Positions 38,556 through 55,198 of a stretch of 64,000 nt of DNA are shown one piece after another; positions within the stretch are counted from its first letter, which is position 1, and every line of letters begins with the position of its first letter. Source of the DNA: the human T2T-CHM13v2.0 reference genome, Homo sapiens; NCBI RefSeq assembly GCF_009914755.1, contig NC_060943.1; one strand, 5' to 3'. The position numbers were made by a program, and so were the translations under genes. Below the pieces are notes generated by a model that had not been told where the DNA came from, did no database searches, and saw only the letters and a list, made by a program, of their open reading frames with translations.

Positions 38556-39419
38556 CAATGCCTCTTTCAGCGATATGAAGTTAAAACCAGGTACTGTGAT
38601 TGCTCCCCTGGTTTTGGTTCTTGTGACAGTGCTTTTCTCTGTGCAGATTAAAATGTAGTGTTCCAGTGGTGTGGGGGTGAGGGGACAAATGGTGTAGGCG
38701 TCTATTCTACTGTCTGGCTGTTTGGGGTGATGAAAATTTTCTGGAAAAATTAGTGATGATGGTGGTTTAACATTGTGAATATAGTTAATTCCACTTGTGT
38801 ATTTAGAGACAGGGTCTCACCATGTTGCCCAGACTAGACTCCAACTCCTGGCCTCAAGCAATCCTCCCTCCTCAGCCTCCTGAGTAGCTGGGGCTACAGG
38901 AGCCCTCCATCAGGGCTCTGTAGTAAATTCCATTTAATTGTACAGTTTAAAATGGTTAAAAGATACATTTTTTGATATGTATATTTTATTACAGTTTTAA
39001 ATAAGTATTTGGTGAAAAAAACCCCACCATATAAAATACCCACCCTGGGCAAATAGTCCTCAAACTCATGTGCGGACCCCTCATGACATTCTGTGCAGAG
39101 ATCCAATGATTTAGACATGAGACTGACCAGACAACTGCAGATGCATGAAATAAATGTACTTTCAAAGAGACAGTTCCGCTGGGACCTGTGGGCCCCGCAG
39201 AGGGGAGGTCAGCAGCCCCCTGGAAAGGCCCTAGGCTGGGGCCCTCTGGTGGACAGTGAGGAAATTGTAGACGAAAAGGTCATGCCAAACTGGTTTGTTT
39301 AAAAAAAATCATCGTTTGTTTTTAATGTGTCTAGACAAAATTTCAACACTGTCATGTTCCATATATTTTCTTTCGCAGTGTTCTTTGATTCTAGCTCTTC
39401 TCTGGTGTGTGTGTGTGTG

Positions 39420-39738
<319 letters not shown>

Positions 39739-39797
39739 TTACACTAAACTCAGATGTTCAAAGTCTGATGCCCTGCCACTTTCTTACTTCAGTGCAT

Positions 39798-40081
39798 GTT
39801 TCTTTTTCGAGACGGAGTCTCGCTCTGTCGCCCAGGCTGGAGTGCAGTGGTTCTATCTCGGCTCCTGCAACCTCCGCCTCCTGGGTTCCAGCGATTTTCC
39901 TGCCTCAGCCTCCTGAGTAGCTGGGATTACAGGTGGGTGCCACCACACCCAGCTAATTTTTGTATTTTTAGTAGAGATGGGGTTTCACCATGTTAGCCAG
40001 GGTGGTCTCGAACTCAGGTGATCCACCTGTCTCCACCTCCCAAAGTTCTGGGATTATAGGCGTGAGCCACTGCGCCCGGCC
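39798..40081 (-). mobile_element. AluS
   Basis: Alu consensus. Confidence 0.9.
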
Positions 40082-40712
40082 TCAGTGCACGTTTCTTATA
40101 ATTCCTTTTAAAATCTGACCATTGTCATGGGCATGCATCAAGTCTGTGAATGCAGACCTCTGGGATATGCCCAGTGGGAATACTGGGGACTCAGGGAATA
40201 GTTATCACCCAAGGTAGGATGGCATGAGGCAGTATCAAGGGACACCTGCAGGGGGGTGGGGGTTGTGTCCCACAGATGGTGGGAGCCACAGATGGTTTCA
40301 TCAGGACAGAGGCACAATAACCGCATCTTGATGGTCTCAGGGCTTAGACTCACCTGTTGCGTCCAGAACCAGGCATTGACCAGGGTTCAAATTAGTGCTC
40401 CACCTGCAGAGCCCTGGGCAGAGATGGACAACAGCCTCCCCCTGCAGGACAGTCAGTGCAGGGCTGGGTCACCTCAGCACTCCACAGGCCTTTGCCTGCA
40501 GTGTTCTCCTGGCCAGGGAGGAGGCCAGGCCCATCCCTGTCACATCATCTAAGGGGCTGTCTGCCCTGAGGGTCTGCAGAAGAGTTGAACAGAGTAAGGG
40601 GCATAGGAAGCAGTAGAGCCGTGTCTCTTCTTGAGCTGTGTTAACTTTTGTCTTCTTAGTCCCTGAGGTCACTCCCAAATGTGGGCATCTAGACCTGAGG
40701 CAGGAGGGTAGG

Positions 40713-40892
40713 ACGGGGCCAGCTTCTTGGCATGTGACCTGTGTTATCACATGGGGGCCTGTGCTTAGAAGGGTCCTGCACTTAATATAGTGCCCTTCTG
40801 TGGCTGTGTTGAAACCCTCTTAATCCTGTCTTGAAGAAGGATACTGCATTTTCAGGTTGCACTGAATCCCCCACATTATGTGGCTCTTCCTG
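40713..40892 (+). mobile_element. MER45A-like hAT DNA transposon
   Basis: About 180 bp matching recalled MER45A (GGGCCAGCTTC...ATTATGTGGCTCTTCCTG). Confidence 0.6.
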
Positions 40893-41358
40893 GGTCAGGA
40901 GCAGGGAGAGGGAGAGGCCATGAGATGAGGGGGAGGCTCAGGGCTGGATGGGACCCATGTCCCCTAGGGCTCTGTGCTGCCCTTGTCTTAGGACCTGCAG
41001 GGCGGTTTGGTCTCATCTGTTCACTCCCAGTGTCCACTGAATGGTGCTTGTATAGCAGGGACTGTCCCACTATCCAGGACAAGCCTATAGTGTGTGTGCT
41101 CACTCAGTATGTGTGTCAGGCTGGACAGAACCTCACTTTATCCCTGTCTGCTGTGGGATCTGCAGCAAGGATCCCCTCCTGGGAGTCTCGGTGTCTCTGT
41201 ACCTGAGTGGTGGGATGAGGAGACCTCAAAGGGCCATCTCAGAGGGGACTCAACAGTGTTGGGGCTGGAGGAGGCCTGGGCTCTGGGGCCCGAGGATGTC
41301 ACACACCTCTTGAGTCTTTTGAAATGGTTTCATCTGTTATTTTGAAAATCATATAGGT

Positions 41359-41822
<464 letters not shown>

Positions 41823-41954
41823 TCATTTGTCCCACTCATTGTTTATACAGCCAAACATTAATGAATTATATTATTAATTGGTAATGTTGTTTTATAGTGA
41901 AGCATGTATGGTGGACACTTCCTTTCTCAACACATGTGGATTTGCTCCAATTGT

Positions 41955-43255
41955 GTTTCTTTTTCTGTTTTAGAGGTTTTATTTTAGGTTCAGGGGTACA
42001 TGTACAGGTTTATTATATACATAAACTGCATGTCACAGGGGTTTGGTGTACAGATGATTTTGTTACCCAGGTATTAAGCCTAGTACCCAACAGGTGTTTT
42101 GTCTGATCCTCTCCCTCCTCCCACCCTCCACCCTCAAGTAGGCCCCAGTGTTTGTTCTTCTCTTTGTGTCCATGGGTTCCAATCATTTAGGTCCCACTTA
42201 AAAGTGAGAACATGCGGCTGGGCATGGTGGCTTACGCCTGTAATCCCAGCACTTTGGGAGGCTGGGGGGGGGGGCGGGGGGTGGATCACGAGGTCAGGAG
42301 TTCGAGACCAGCCTGCCCAGTATGGTGAAACCCCGTCTCTACTAAAAATGCAAAAATGAGAACATGTGATATTTGGTTTTCTGTTCCTCTGTTAGTTTGC
42401 TAAGGATAATGGCCTCCAGCTCCATCCATGTTTCTGCAAAGGAAATGACCTCATTCTTTTTTGTAGCTGTGTAGTATTCCATGGTGTGTACGTACCACAT
42501 TTTCTTTATCCAGTCTACCATTGATGGACATTTATGTTGATTCCATGTCTTTGCTATTGTGAATGGTGCTGCAATGAACATTCGTGTGCATGTGTCCTTA
42601 TGGTAGAATGATTTATATTCCTCTGGGTGTATACCCAGTAATGGGGTTGCAGGGTCAAATGGTACTTTTGTTTTTAGCTCTTTGAGGAATTGCCATACTG
42701 CTTTTCACAATCGCTAAACTAATTTACATTCTCACCAACAGTGTATAAACGTTCCATTTTCTCTCTCTCTTTTTTCTTTTTTAGACAGTCTTGCTTTGTT
42801 GCCCAGGCTGGAGTGTAGTGGCACAGCCTCAGCTCTCTGCAAACTCCACCTCCTGGGTTCAAGTGATTCTTGTGCCTCAGCCTCCTAAGTAGCTGGGACT
42901 ACAGGCGTGCACCACCACGCCTGGCTAATTTTTGTATTCTTAGTAGAGTCGAGGTTTCATCCTGTTGGGCAGGCTGCTCTTGAACTCCTGGCCTCAAGTG
43001 GTCCTCCCTCCTTGGCTTCCCAAATTGCTGGGATTACAGGTGTAAGCCACCGTGCCCAGCACATTCCTTTTTCTCTGCAACTTCAGCAGCATCTGTTATT
43101 TTTTGACTTTTTAATAATAGCCACTCTGGTGTGAAACGGTATCTTACTGTGGTTTTGATTTGCATTTCTCTAATAATTAGTGATGTTGAGCATTTTTTCA
43201 TATGCATGTTGGTCCATATGTTCAAGCTTTTGAAAAGCATCTGTTGATGTTCTTT
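41955..43255 (-). mobile_element. L1PA/PB 3' fragment with Alu insertions
   Basis: ORF2 C-terminus MFIAAPFTIAKTWNQHKCPS...WIKKMW. Confidence 0.85.
42771..43060 (-). mobile_element. AluS
   Basis: Alu consensus. Confidence 0.85.
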
Positions 43256-44236
43256 GCCTTTTCATTGCTTTCCCCTTATTTATTTTATTGCATGGCTACA
43301 CTGTGATGCTTTATCCACTCGCCTATTGGATTTGACGCTGTGTCCCACTCTTCATGTTGACAAGACATTCTGCAGTGACTATCCTCATACACATATCTTT
43401 TCCCCACGTGGAGTATTAATCCAGGAACTCATTCATTCAGCTCTTATAAAGTACCCTGGCCAGGCTGTGGGCAGGTCAAGGGCTTTAACAGAGACAGGGC
43501 AGGCACAGTCCTGCCTTCTCAGAGCTCACCGCTCAGTGGGACTCTCAGAAGTGGGATAGTGGTCAAAGCGTATGCACACTGAACACAATGAGGCCAGGGC
43601 TGGGTGTGATGGCTGAGTTCAAACCTGCAATTCCAGAGCTTTGGGAGGCCAAGGCAGGAGGTTGCTTGAAGCTAGGAGTTGAAGGCTGCAGTGAGCTATG
43701 ATCATGCCACTGTACTCCTGCCTAGGCAACAGAGCGAGACTCCATCTCAAAAACCTCCACAAGACCTAAAAAATCATGGGCCAAAGTTGTTGTTGTAAGT
43801 ACTGCAGTCCCATCAGGAATATATGAAAATGTCCATCTCCAGTATCCCCACCTTTCTTGGAATAATGATTGAAGTAGAAAGTGCCCGTGTTCTTGTGCCT
43901 ACCTCTGCCCACACACCGTCTTCACTTACACTTAGTCATCCACCACTTACCCTTTCACTAAGTGCTATTGATTATGTCCATGTGGTGGACCAGATGCCAG
44001 GAGCCCCAAGATGTCCTGAGCAGCTCCCTCTGCTCGTCCTTCCAAGAGTTCTGGTTCCACAGGTGACCCCTGTAGAACCTGTGATTACCACTGAAGGCTG
44101 ACAGTGAGTGGTGGGTGTTCCAGGAGGGGCCGTCACCTCCATGTACAGGGTTGGGGAGGGTGGAAGGGAGCAAGTGGCTGATGGCTTTGGCTGTAAGGCA
44201 GGTGGACAGGCTGATGTGGGCTCCTGGGAAGGGATG

Positions 44237-44290
44237 GAGAGGGGAGGGGAGGGGAGGGGAGGAGAGGGAAGGGGAGGGAAGAGAAGGGAA
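44237..44290. repeat. Pure-purine (GGGGA)n-like tract
   Basis: Direct reading. Confidence 0.9.
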
Positions 44291-45640
44291 TGATACAGAG
44301 GTTGGAACCTGCCTTCATGGACCAAGAACAGCAGGGAGGCCATCCAGGCTGCAGCTGGGGAGGGAAGATGTGGGGAGTAGTGGGTGAAGGGAGAAGCAGA
44401 CTGTGATTGATCTTGGGGGCTGGGCGGTGAGCAGAGGTGTGTTACGTGTCTGTCCCTGCCATTGATATGAGGAGGGGTGGGGCTGTGGGTGACACCTGGG
44501 TCAGTGGGATTTCCTAGTGTCTGCTGTTCCCCAAAGCCTCTCCATATAGAGGGTCAGTATAGATCTGATGCTGTGTCTGGGGGAAGGGGCTGGTGGTCCG
44601 AGGCAGCCTGTGGTGCTTACTGACCCTAGGGATGAAAGGAAAGGGATGAGGAAGCCTCTTTACAGTGAAGCCTCAGGTATGTGAAGCCACAGGTGTCTCA
44701 CCTGGTGACTGTCATCAGACATGTGCCTTGGGTGACAGTTTCAGGGTTCAGGTGGTTGTTATTGTTATGATGTTTGCCTGACAAGGACCCAGGTATCCAG
44801 GGATCGAGAGCACAAGACCCCTGGTGAGGGGAGGGTCAGATGAGAATGAGCAGGTTCAAGTGGTCAGAGTGGGAGGGATTCCTGGAGAGACTGAACCTCA
44901 ACTCTTCCTGTCAGGAGCTGTGGCTGTGTCCAGGAGAGATGACAAGGGTGACCCAGGACATTGAGTGAGTCATCGAGACATTGGATATGAGGACAGGGCA
45001 GAGAGGACCCTGGTGACTGCTCAGATGTGGGATGTGAGGAGGGCTCTGACTCATGCAAGTTACAGGATCCCCCAACCCCTGAGCCCACAGGTGACCCTTA
45101 CACTGGGGATTCTGAGTGCTGTGTGTGCCCAGAAGGGACACTGGATTGGCTGGACCTGAGTCCCTGAAGGGCAGGGATGGTCTGTAGGGCCAGAGTCTTC
45201 TCTGTGGGTGTGATGTAAGCAGGAATGAGCAAGATGGGGGTGATAAGGCTTGGCTTGGAGGAGCTGGTAGAGGAGCCCAGGGGCTTGGGTCAGCTCCGCT
45301 TCCCAGGGGCTCAGCTGGGGCTGGAGGAGCAGGATGCTGTGCTCAGGGTGTGCTCCAGGCAGGGTGATGTGTGTGGTTCCAGGGTCAGGCAAGAGGGTAA
45401 AAAATTAATCATGAAAAATTCCCACCTTTTGTAGGCAGAGACAGTGGCCTGAGTGTCAGGGGCAGAAAGATGCATCATGAGGCAGGAGCAGGCACTCAGC
45501 CTCCCAGAGACCACACCCTGGGTGCAGCACTCAGCCCTGCAGGGAGTGGCAACAGATGTGCCTACAACCCTAACGTCCAGGCACCTGCAACAAATGTTTC
45601 TCCCTCATTGCATCTTTCTCATGTGGAATAGAATGGGCAG

Positions 45641-46009
45641 TGATATGGTTTGGCTGTGTCCCCACCCAAATCTCATCTTGAATTGTAATTCCCGTAATCC
45701 CTACATGTTGTGGGAGGGACCTGGTGAGAGGTAATTGAATCATGGGAGTCGTTCCCCCATGCTAGTCTAATGATAGTAAGTTCTCATGAGATCTGATGGT
45801 TTTATAAAGAGCCTCCCCCTTTGGTTGGCTCTCATTCTTCTCATTGATGCTGCCATTTGAAGGACATGTTTGCTTCCCCTTCTGCCATGACTGTAAGTTT
45901 CCTGAGGCCTTCCCAGCCATGCTGAAGGTGAGTCAATTAAACCTATTTCCTTTTTAGATTACCCAGTCTCCAGCAGTTCTTTATAGCAGCTTCGGAACGG
46001 ACTAATACA
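45641..46009 (+). mobile_element. Solo THE1/MST MaLR LTR
   Basis: TGATATGGTTTGGCTGTGTCCCCACCC...GACTAATACA, 5-bp TSD GGCAG. Confidence 0.92.
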
Positions 46010-46068
46010 GGCAGCTTTTCCCGCAGTCTCTTTCCATCCATGTGCTGCCTGCTGTGATGCCTGGGAAT

Positions 46069-46087
46069 GGGGGGGGGGGGGGGGGGG
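46069..46087. repeat. Poly(G) run of 19
   Basis: Direct reading. Confidence 0.9.
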
Positions 46088-46480
46088 CGGGCACTGAGTC
46101 ACTGTCCAGGGTGCTGATGTCCATGAACTGTTGAAGAGCTAATGAGTTGTGATCTCCCAGTTACTTCTGCTTTCATTTATTCTTAACAACTGAGCATGTC
46201 ACCAAGGAAAAGATAGAGAGGTACTAGGGGCATGGAGAGCCCTCTGTCTCTCTCTCTCAGGACCTGGAGGGTGCTGGGGACATCACTACAGTCAGGATGA
46301 CCTCATCCAGGTACCCATGTATAGTTTGTAGTGAATGATGATGAGAAAATGGCCTTGAGAGGAGTGATGGGCAGAACAAGAACCTCTCAAAGATGTGCTC
46401 ATCCTCATCCCCATATCTGTGAATAAGTCTCATGGTAAAAGACACTTTACAGATTAAAGGAAAGATCATGAGATGGGGAG

Positions 46481-49077
<2,597 letters not shown>

Positions 49078-50588
49078 GGGAGATTATTGTGGTTTATCCA
49101 AGATGTGTCCAAAATAACCACAAGGCCCCTTTCTTATAAGTAAGAGAGGGAGGCAGGTGTGGGTGGAGATGTGGAGACAGAAGCAGAGGACAGAGTGGTT
49201 TCAAGATGCTGCACTGCTGTCTCTGAAGATGGAGAAAAAGGACACAACCAAAGATGTAGGCACCCTCTAGGAGGTGGAAAAGGAGAAGAAGCGGACTCTG
49301 ACCTGGAGCTTCCAGAAAGCACACAGCCATGAGGGCGCCTTGGTTCATGTTTTTATGTCACTCAGCTTGTGGTAATTTGTCATAGCATCAACAAGAAACT
49401 AAAAAGGTGTCACCTTTCCTCATCTGACGGTGTGTGCAGGTGGGATAAGGGGTCATTTAGAGTTAAATCCTGATGCAAATCCTGAGGTAAATCAACCCAT
49501 TACCAGTTGTTTTCTTACCTCTCATCTCATGATGAACAGCCTGTGGCAGTGGCAGAACACCCTTGGGAACCATGGCTCTGTGCTTTAGTGCAGGGACTGG
49601 CTTGTTTGTCGGAAGGTGCTGCCCGGTCCAAGTGAACCTACATGAGATTGTCACCCTTCCAGGGGCCCTCAGGGAAGGGCTGAGAACCGCTGGCCCAGGT
49701 GTGTGGAGGAGCTGCAGGTGAGGCAGGGCTGGAGGGGCCAGGTAGAGGAGCAGACAGGTTGTCCTGTCACCATGGGAGCCTGCATGAGCTTTAGGTTGGG
49801 GAGCCCTGCTCCTCTGACCTGGATGCTCCTGTGTGGAAAGGAGGCTTGCTCAATGAGATCCACGCCAGGGGGTAAATTGGGAACTGATGGGAAATGAGGG
49901 GCTAGAGTCCTGGGTAATGCCTTGGAGGACCTTGCTCGAGGACTGAATTTTTGGTCTGTCCCCACCTTGATTACTCTGACAGCCCCTCTCTGTGTCCCAC
50001 CAGGGGTAAAAATGTCCTGAGCAGTGGCCACTGGGACAGAGGAGAACCTGGTGGCCAGGGCTAAGCATCCAGGATCCTGGATTTGGGGACAGGCAAACTC
50101 ACTTGTGGAGGACAGTGATAGACAGGGCCGCCAGGGCCTGGGTGAAGAGGGCAGGAGGGCTCAGGACACTGGAGGCTGTGTGGGGGTCACAGCCACGATC
50201 TATACCACCCATGTATGCTCCTGCATTGCTCACCTTTGTGTGGACATCAGATGGCCCCATCTTCCACGCTCCTGAGACCCCACATGCATTCACAGAGGAA
50301 CCCAGGCTGGGGCAGTGCATGGCCTTGGTCCCTGGGGTAGTGGGAAGACAGCTGAGTGCTTGGCTGGCTGGGCAGGGCTCCTGTGAATCCTGCCCTTTCC
50401 TGTGTAGGGTCCACCCCAGCCTGACTCCCAACCCCCTACTCCTGTCTCCCAGGAAAGAGAGACTGGGGTTGAGAAAAGGTGGAGATATTTTCCCTGTGTG
50501 AGCTGGGAGAGAATGGACGTGGAGTTTCAGGTGAGTTTCTGCTAAGTTCTCACGAGCAGAAAAAGAGCCAATGAGAGGAAGGTTCCCC

Positions 50589-50594
50589 TTTATT
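50589..50594 (-). terminator. Candidate poly(A) signal of the pseudogene
   Basis: AATAAA about 300 nt after the TAG stop. Confidence 0.6.
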
Positions 50595-50886
50595 CAGATC
50601 CTTTCCAGGTGACCCCGGGTGGGCCACAGGCCCATTCACTTTCCCTGCAAGCCCCCACTTCCTGTGGTGATGGGAAGCCTTTGTCCTGACCCACCCAGAG
50701 CCCAGGGCAGTCTGTTGAGGTCTCCATATATTCAGCAGGGACTCCCATCCCTCCCTGTCCCCAGGCCAGTGTCTCCTCAGGACTCAGAGCTGGTTCTCTG
50801 GCTCAGGCTCCATGTCCTTCCCCATCCCCAGGGCTGGGAGCTTCGGGGACGCTCCAACAACCCACAGGAGCAGCTCCCAGAGGAAC

Positions 50887-50952
50887 CTAAGAAACCACAT
50901 CTGCTTTGTGGTTGACCCAGCAGTAAATGTTTGTGTCATGGTTTAGCAATTC
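50887..50952 (-). pseudogene. Pseudogene terminal exon coding part (second ITAM tyrosine)
   Basis: poly(T)gcag| [21 protein letters not shown] TAG. Confidence 0.93.
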
Positions 50953-51241
50953 CTGCAAAAAAAAAAAAAAAAAAAAAAAAAGAGAAGAGGCCTTGACCCC
51001 TGTGGCTTTCTGAGAACAGAGTCTGGTGTCTCCCAGGCTCTGGGCCCATCCAGGGCTGCTCTGATGCTGAACCTGGCTGTGCTCAGGGGGTTCCTGTTCC
51101 CAGGCCCCTTCCTCATCTGCTCACCACCCCCTGTTGTGTTTGCAGTTTCCTGAATCTCAGAGCTCAGCCAGGTGTGGGTGGGGGCAGATCCTGGGTCCCC
51201 CTGGAGCCTGCGGGACCAGAACACCTGTGACCCACACTCAC

Positions 51242-51283
51242 CTCATAGATGGGAGCGGCTGTCCTGGGGTCGGGTAGCGGGGC
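51242..51283 (-). pseudogene. Pseudogene cytoplasmic exon 3 (42 nt, first ITAM tyrosine)
   Basis: gcccag| [23 protein letters not shown]. Confidence 0.92.
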
Positions 51284-51770
51284 CTGGGCAGGGGAGAGAG
51301 GGGATGTCAGGGGACAGAGAGGGAGAGACATGGAAGGTTCCTGTCTCTGATCGGCCAGAACTTACTTCCCTGGGTCTACTTATGGTCATTTCCCCTCAGG
51401 AGTGACCAGCTCTGCCCTTGAGCTCAGCCTCCCAGTGTGGACACAGCACCCCGACCCCTGTCCTGGCTGGGCCCACCCTGCACCCTTGTTAATGTGGGCC
51501 CCTGACTGATTCTTCCAGTGTCCACTCTGCACCTGCTGCACTCCAGGGGTCTCCTCAGGTGACGGAGGGCCCCGGGGTGGGGTCAGCACAGGGCATGGGT
51601 GGTCCTGGCCATGTAGGGAGGCCTGGATCCTGGCCGGAGGCACTCACTTTGACCTGACTGTTCTGGGGAAAGGTGGGTTTGTGCTATGCTGTGGGGTTGA
51701 TGGTCCCCCTGCCCTGAACCTGTACTGCTGGGACCCCAGTAGAAAGGGGCTGGGGAGGGGATGGGCTTAC

Positions 51771-51802
51771 AGGGTAGGTGGAGTTGTTTGAGGGACCATG
51801 GC
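51771..51802 (-). pseudogene. Pseudogene cytoplasmic exon 2 (32 nt)
   Basis: cccccag|GCCATGGTCCCTCAAACAACTCCACCTACCCT|GTAAGC; HGPSNNSTYP; same size as CEACAM1 exon 8. Confidence 0.9.
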
Positions 51803-52144
51803 CTGGGGGACACAGACAGGAGTCAGCAGCTGGGTGGGAGGAGAGCCTGGGCCTCTCATGGAGGAGGGCATTGGGGTCCTGAACTCCCAGAGAGTCAGGG
51901 AGACAGGGCATCTTACCAGGAGAGACCCCTCTAGCCATTTTAGGGGCCAAGTGAGCAAGTGAGTTTGCAGAGGTGACCCATGACCAAGAGCCCACAGGTC
52001 AGGGCTGACCTGGCCAGTTGGGGTCCCCTGCAATGACGTTTTATGAGACTCCTCCTTGAAGCCCCATGGAAAGGATCAGAGGACCTCAGGGGTGACTGGC
52101 AGGAGTGGACACTGTGGGCCAGGCCTAGGGGTTGCCAGCCACAC

Positions 52145-52199
52145 CCAGGCTGAAGGGACACTGGGGAGCTGCTCTCTAAAGTCATGCTGGCCACTGGCC
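52145..52199 (-). pseudogene. Pseudogene cytoplasmic exon 1, normal donor apparently lost
   Basis: cctag|GGCCAGTGGCCAGCATGAC = [12 protein letters not shown], homologous to CEACAM1 exon 7; no GT at +53, weak TGG|GTGTGG at +55. Confidence 0.8.
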
Positions 52200-53213
52200 C
52201 TAGGAGAGGTCAGGCTTATTTGTGAGGAGTACAAGATTAAAAGCCAAACTCTGGAGTTAGAACAGGGGATGAAGAGGGGACCCTATTTCCAAAGAGGGGC
52301 ATGGAGATCTCCTTTCTCCATTGGTTCTGTATCAGGAGCTGAGCCAGGTGAGGGGATCAAAGACTTTACAAAGGCACATCTGTCCTGGCCAGAGGGGAAG
52401 GACCCTCAGCCAGATGCTGGGCCAGGAGAACATTGACCCAGGGATGCAGGAAAGGAACTGAGGGCCCAGGGAAGGAACCAGATCATGGGGGTTTGCCTGA
52501 GAGGAAGGGTTAAGTCCCCAGAGGGAAAGCAGGGCCAGGCACATGTGCAGGACACTGAGGGGACCAAAGGTGTCTTGGATTCTCCCAGAACTCAGTGTCC
52601 CTGCTGTGGCCAGACCCTGCTCTCAGGGCCAGTGATGCTGAAATGGGACAACAGCCTTGTCTTCTCTCTCTACCCCTTGGCAAGAGACATAAAGGACATT
52701 CCAGGACATGCCATCCTGGCACCCAGGTTCTCTTGTCTCACAGCTCAGGGGCTGCGGGAACTGCATTAGCCATGGGGGCACTGACCCTACCCAGCCTGTC
52801 CAAGCTGTTACATCCTTCACCGTGTGACCATGCCCAGGACTCCCTCTCAGATCCTGAGCCTGCAAATCCCCCCTCACTTGGTGGATGGATTCAATAAACA
52901 GCAGGAGGTACCGGGGTTACTGAGCACTCCCTCCCCCGCTCCCTTCCTCCAGGCAGCTGTGGCTTTGCTGTGTGAGGGAACTAGGACCACACTCAGGGGT
53001 GAGACCTTAACCAGGCCGAATTCACAGAGGAGGAAGCTGTTGAGGAGGCAGCCCAGGGTCAGCAGCTGGTGAGGGAGGAGCTGTAGAATGAGAGGGAAGG
53101 ATCTCTTGGGGAGGGCTCAAAGAGCCTGGCCCTGAATACTGGGGGGGGTCTTCTTCCTCCTGGCCTGGGGTCAGCCTGGGGGTGGGAGGGAGGCCAGGAA
53201 AAAGCTGTAGTAC

Positions 53214-53331
53214 CTTCCAGTCCTGACGAGGAGCAGGAAACATGCCAGGGTGGCCACCGGTGCCACCCCGACCAGAACCCTGGTCACGATGCCAGTGAAG
53301 GCCCCCACAGGAAGGCCTGGGGCATTTTTTT
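53214..53331 (-). pseudogene. Pseudogene transmembrane exon (118 nt, open)
   Basis: ctgcag| [41 protein letters not shown]|GTAC; CEACAM3/4 type. Confidence 0.93.
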
Positions 53332-53630
53332 CTGCAGAAAGGGGAAGGCAAAGGGGATGAAGCCCAAGTCTGTTCCAGGGGGAACCATGAGGGGCCTTGC
53401 AGGGCAGGGGCTTGTTCAGGGAGGAAGGAAATGCCACGGAGTTTGAGTGTGGTCTGTTGTGCTGTCCTCATAGCTGACTCCCTCGCTCTCTGTGGCTGCA
53501 CCATTTTCTGTGTCTCAGGCTTGAAACACTGGGATGCGCCGACTCCTACGTTCTCCCCCAGGAGCCTGCACCTCGCCCTGCTCCTGTGCCTTTAAATCCC
53601 TTCTTCCTCTCACTTCATGCCTCTTACCGC

Positions 53631-54229
<599 letters not shown>

Positions 54230-54763
54230 CTTCCCTCTGTTTCTTCTTTTCCATTCCATGATTGTCATACAGAGCTAGCCCTCGCTGTCAACTCAATGCT
54301 GATGAGCGGGGATGATGCTCTTTGACTGTTTTCGGGGGTCTTCCATGTGCCAGGCACAGTGGGCACCAACCTACCTACAGCTCATCTCATCCTCCTATCA
54401 CCTTGAGGGAGGGGGGCTTCACTCCCATCTGCAGAGTTAGAATCTGAGACTTACAGTGCCTCAGTAAGTCAAGGAAGGTCACAGAACTTGTACATGATAC
54501 AACCAAATTTTAACCAAGGTCTCCTTGACTTAGCTAATAACAAAGCTCATAAAAATAATAATACTAGTTGATAGCACTGATTGAGCCCTGGCTCTGTGCA
54601 CTACCCTGTTAAGGGCTTTAATTACATTAATCTTCAAATAAACATCCTCACAACCATCCTGAGATCCAAGTGTTTGTTAAAATTCTACAGATGAGGAAAC
54701 TGAGGCCTAGGAGGTTGAGTGTCTTGCCCAAGGTCAAACACCTGGTATATTCCCGGCACTGAC

Positions 54764-55198
54764 TGTCAGGCCTCTGAGCCCACGCTAAGCCATCATAACC
54801 TGTGACCTGCACGTATACATCCAGATGGCCTGGAGCAACTGAAGAACCACAAAAGAAGTGAAACAGCCAATTCCTGCCTTAACTGATGACAGTCCACCGT
54901 TGTGATTTGTTCCTGCCGCACCCTAACTAATCAATTGACCTTGTGACATTCCCCCCCGGACAATGAATCTCATGATCTCTCCACCGTGCACCTTGTGACC
55001 CGCCCCCTGCCCACAAGAGATAACTACCTTTAACTGTAATTTTCCACTACCTACCCAAATCCTGTAAAACTGTCCCACCCCCATCTCCCTTTGCTGACTC
55101 CTTTTTCAGATTCAGCCCACTTGCACCCAAGTGAATAAACAGCCTCGTTGCTCACACAAAGCCTGTTTGGTGGTCTCTTCACACGGACGTGCGTAACA
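54764..55198 (+). mobile_element. Solo LTR7-family (HERV-H) LTR
   Basis: Starts TGTCAGGCCTCTGAGCCC, ends GGACGTGCGTAACA, 5-bp TSD CTGAC, internal AATAAA. Confidence 0.92.

Noticed and set aside
53279-53281. Arginine in the pseudogene TM helix as an FcR-gamma/DAP12 docking residue
   Set aside because: ACC AGG is one CpG transition from ACC GGG (Gly, as recalled for CEACAM3/4) and a helix-breaking Pro also occurs; neutral decay is the simpler explanation.
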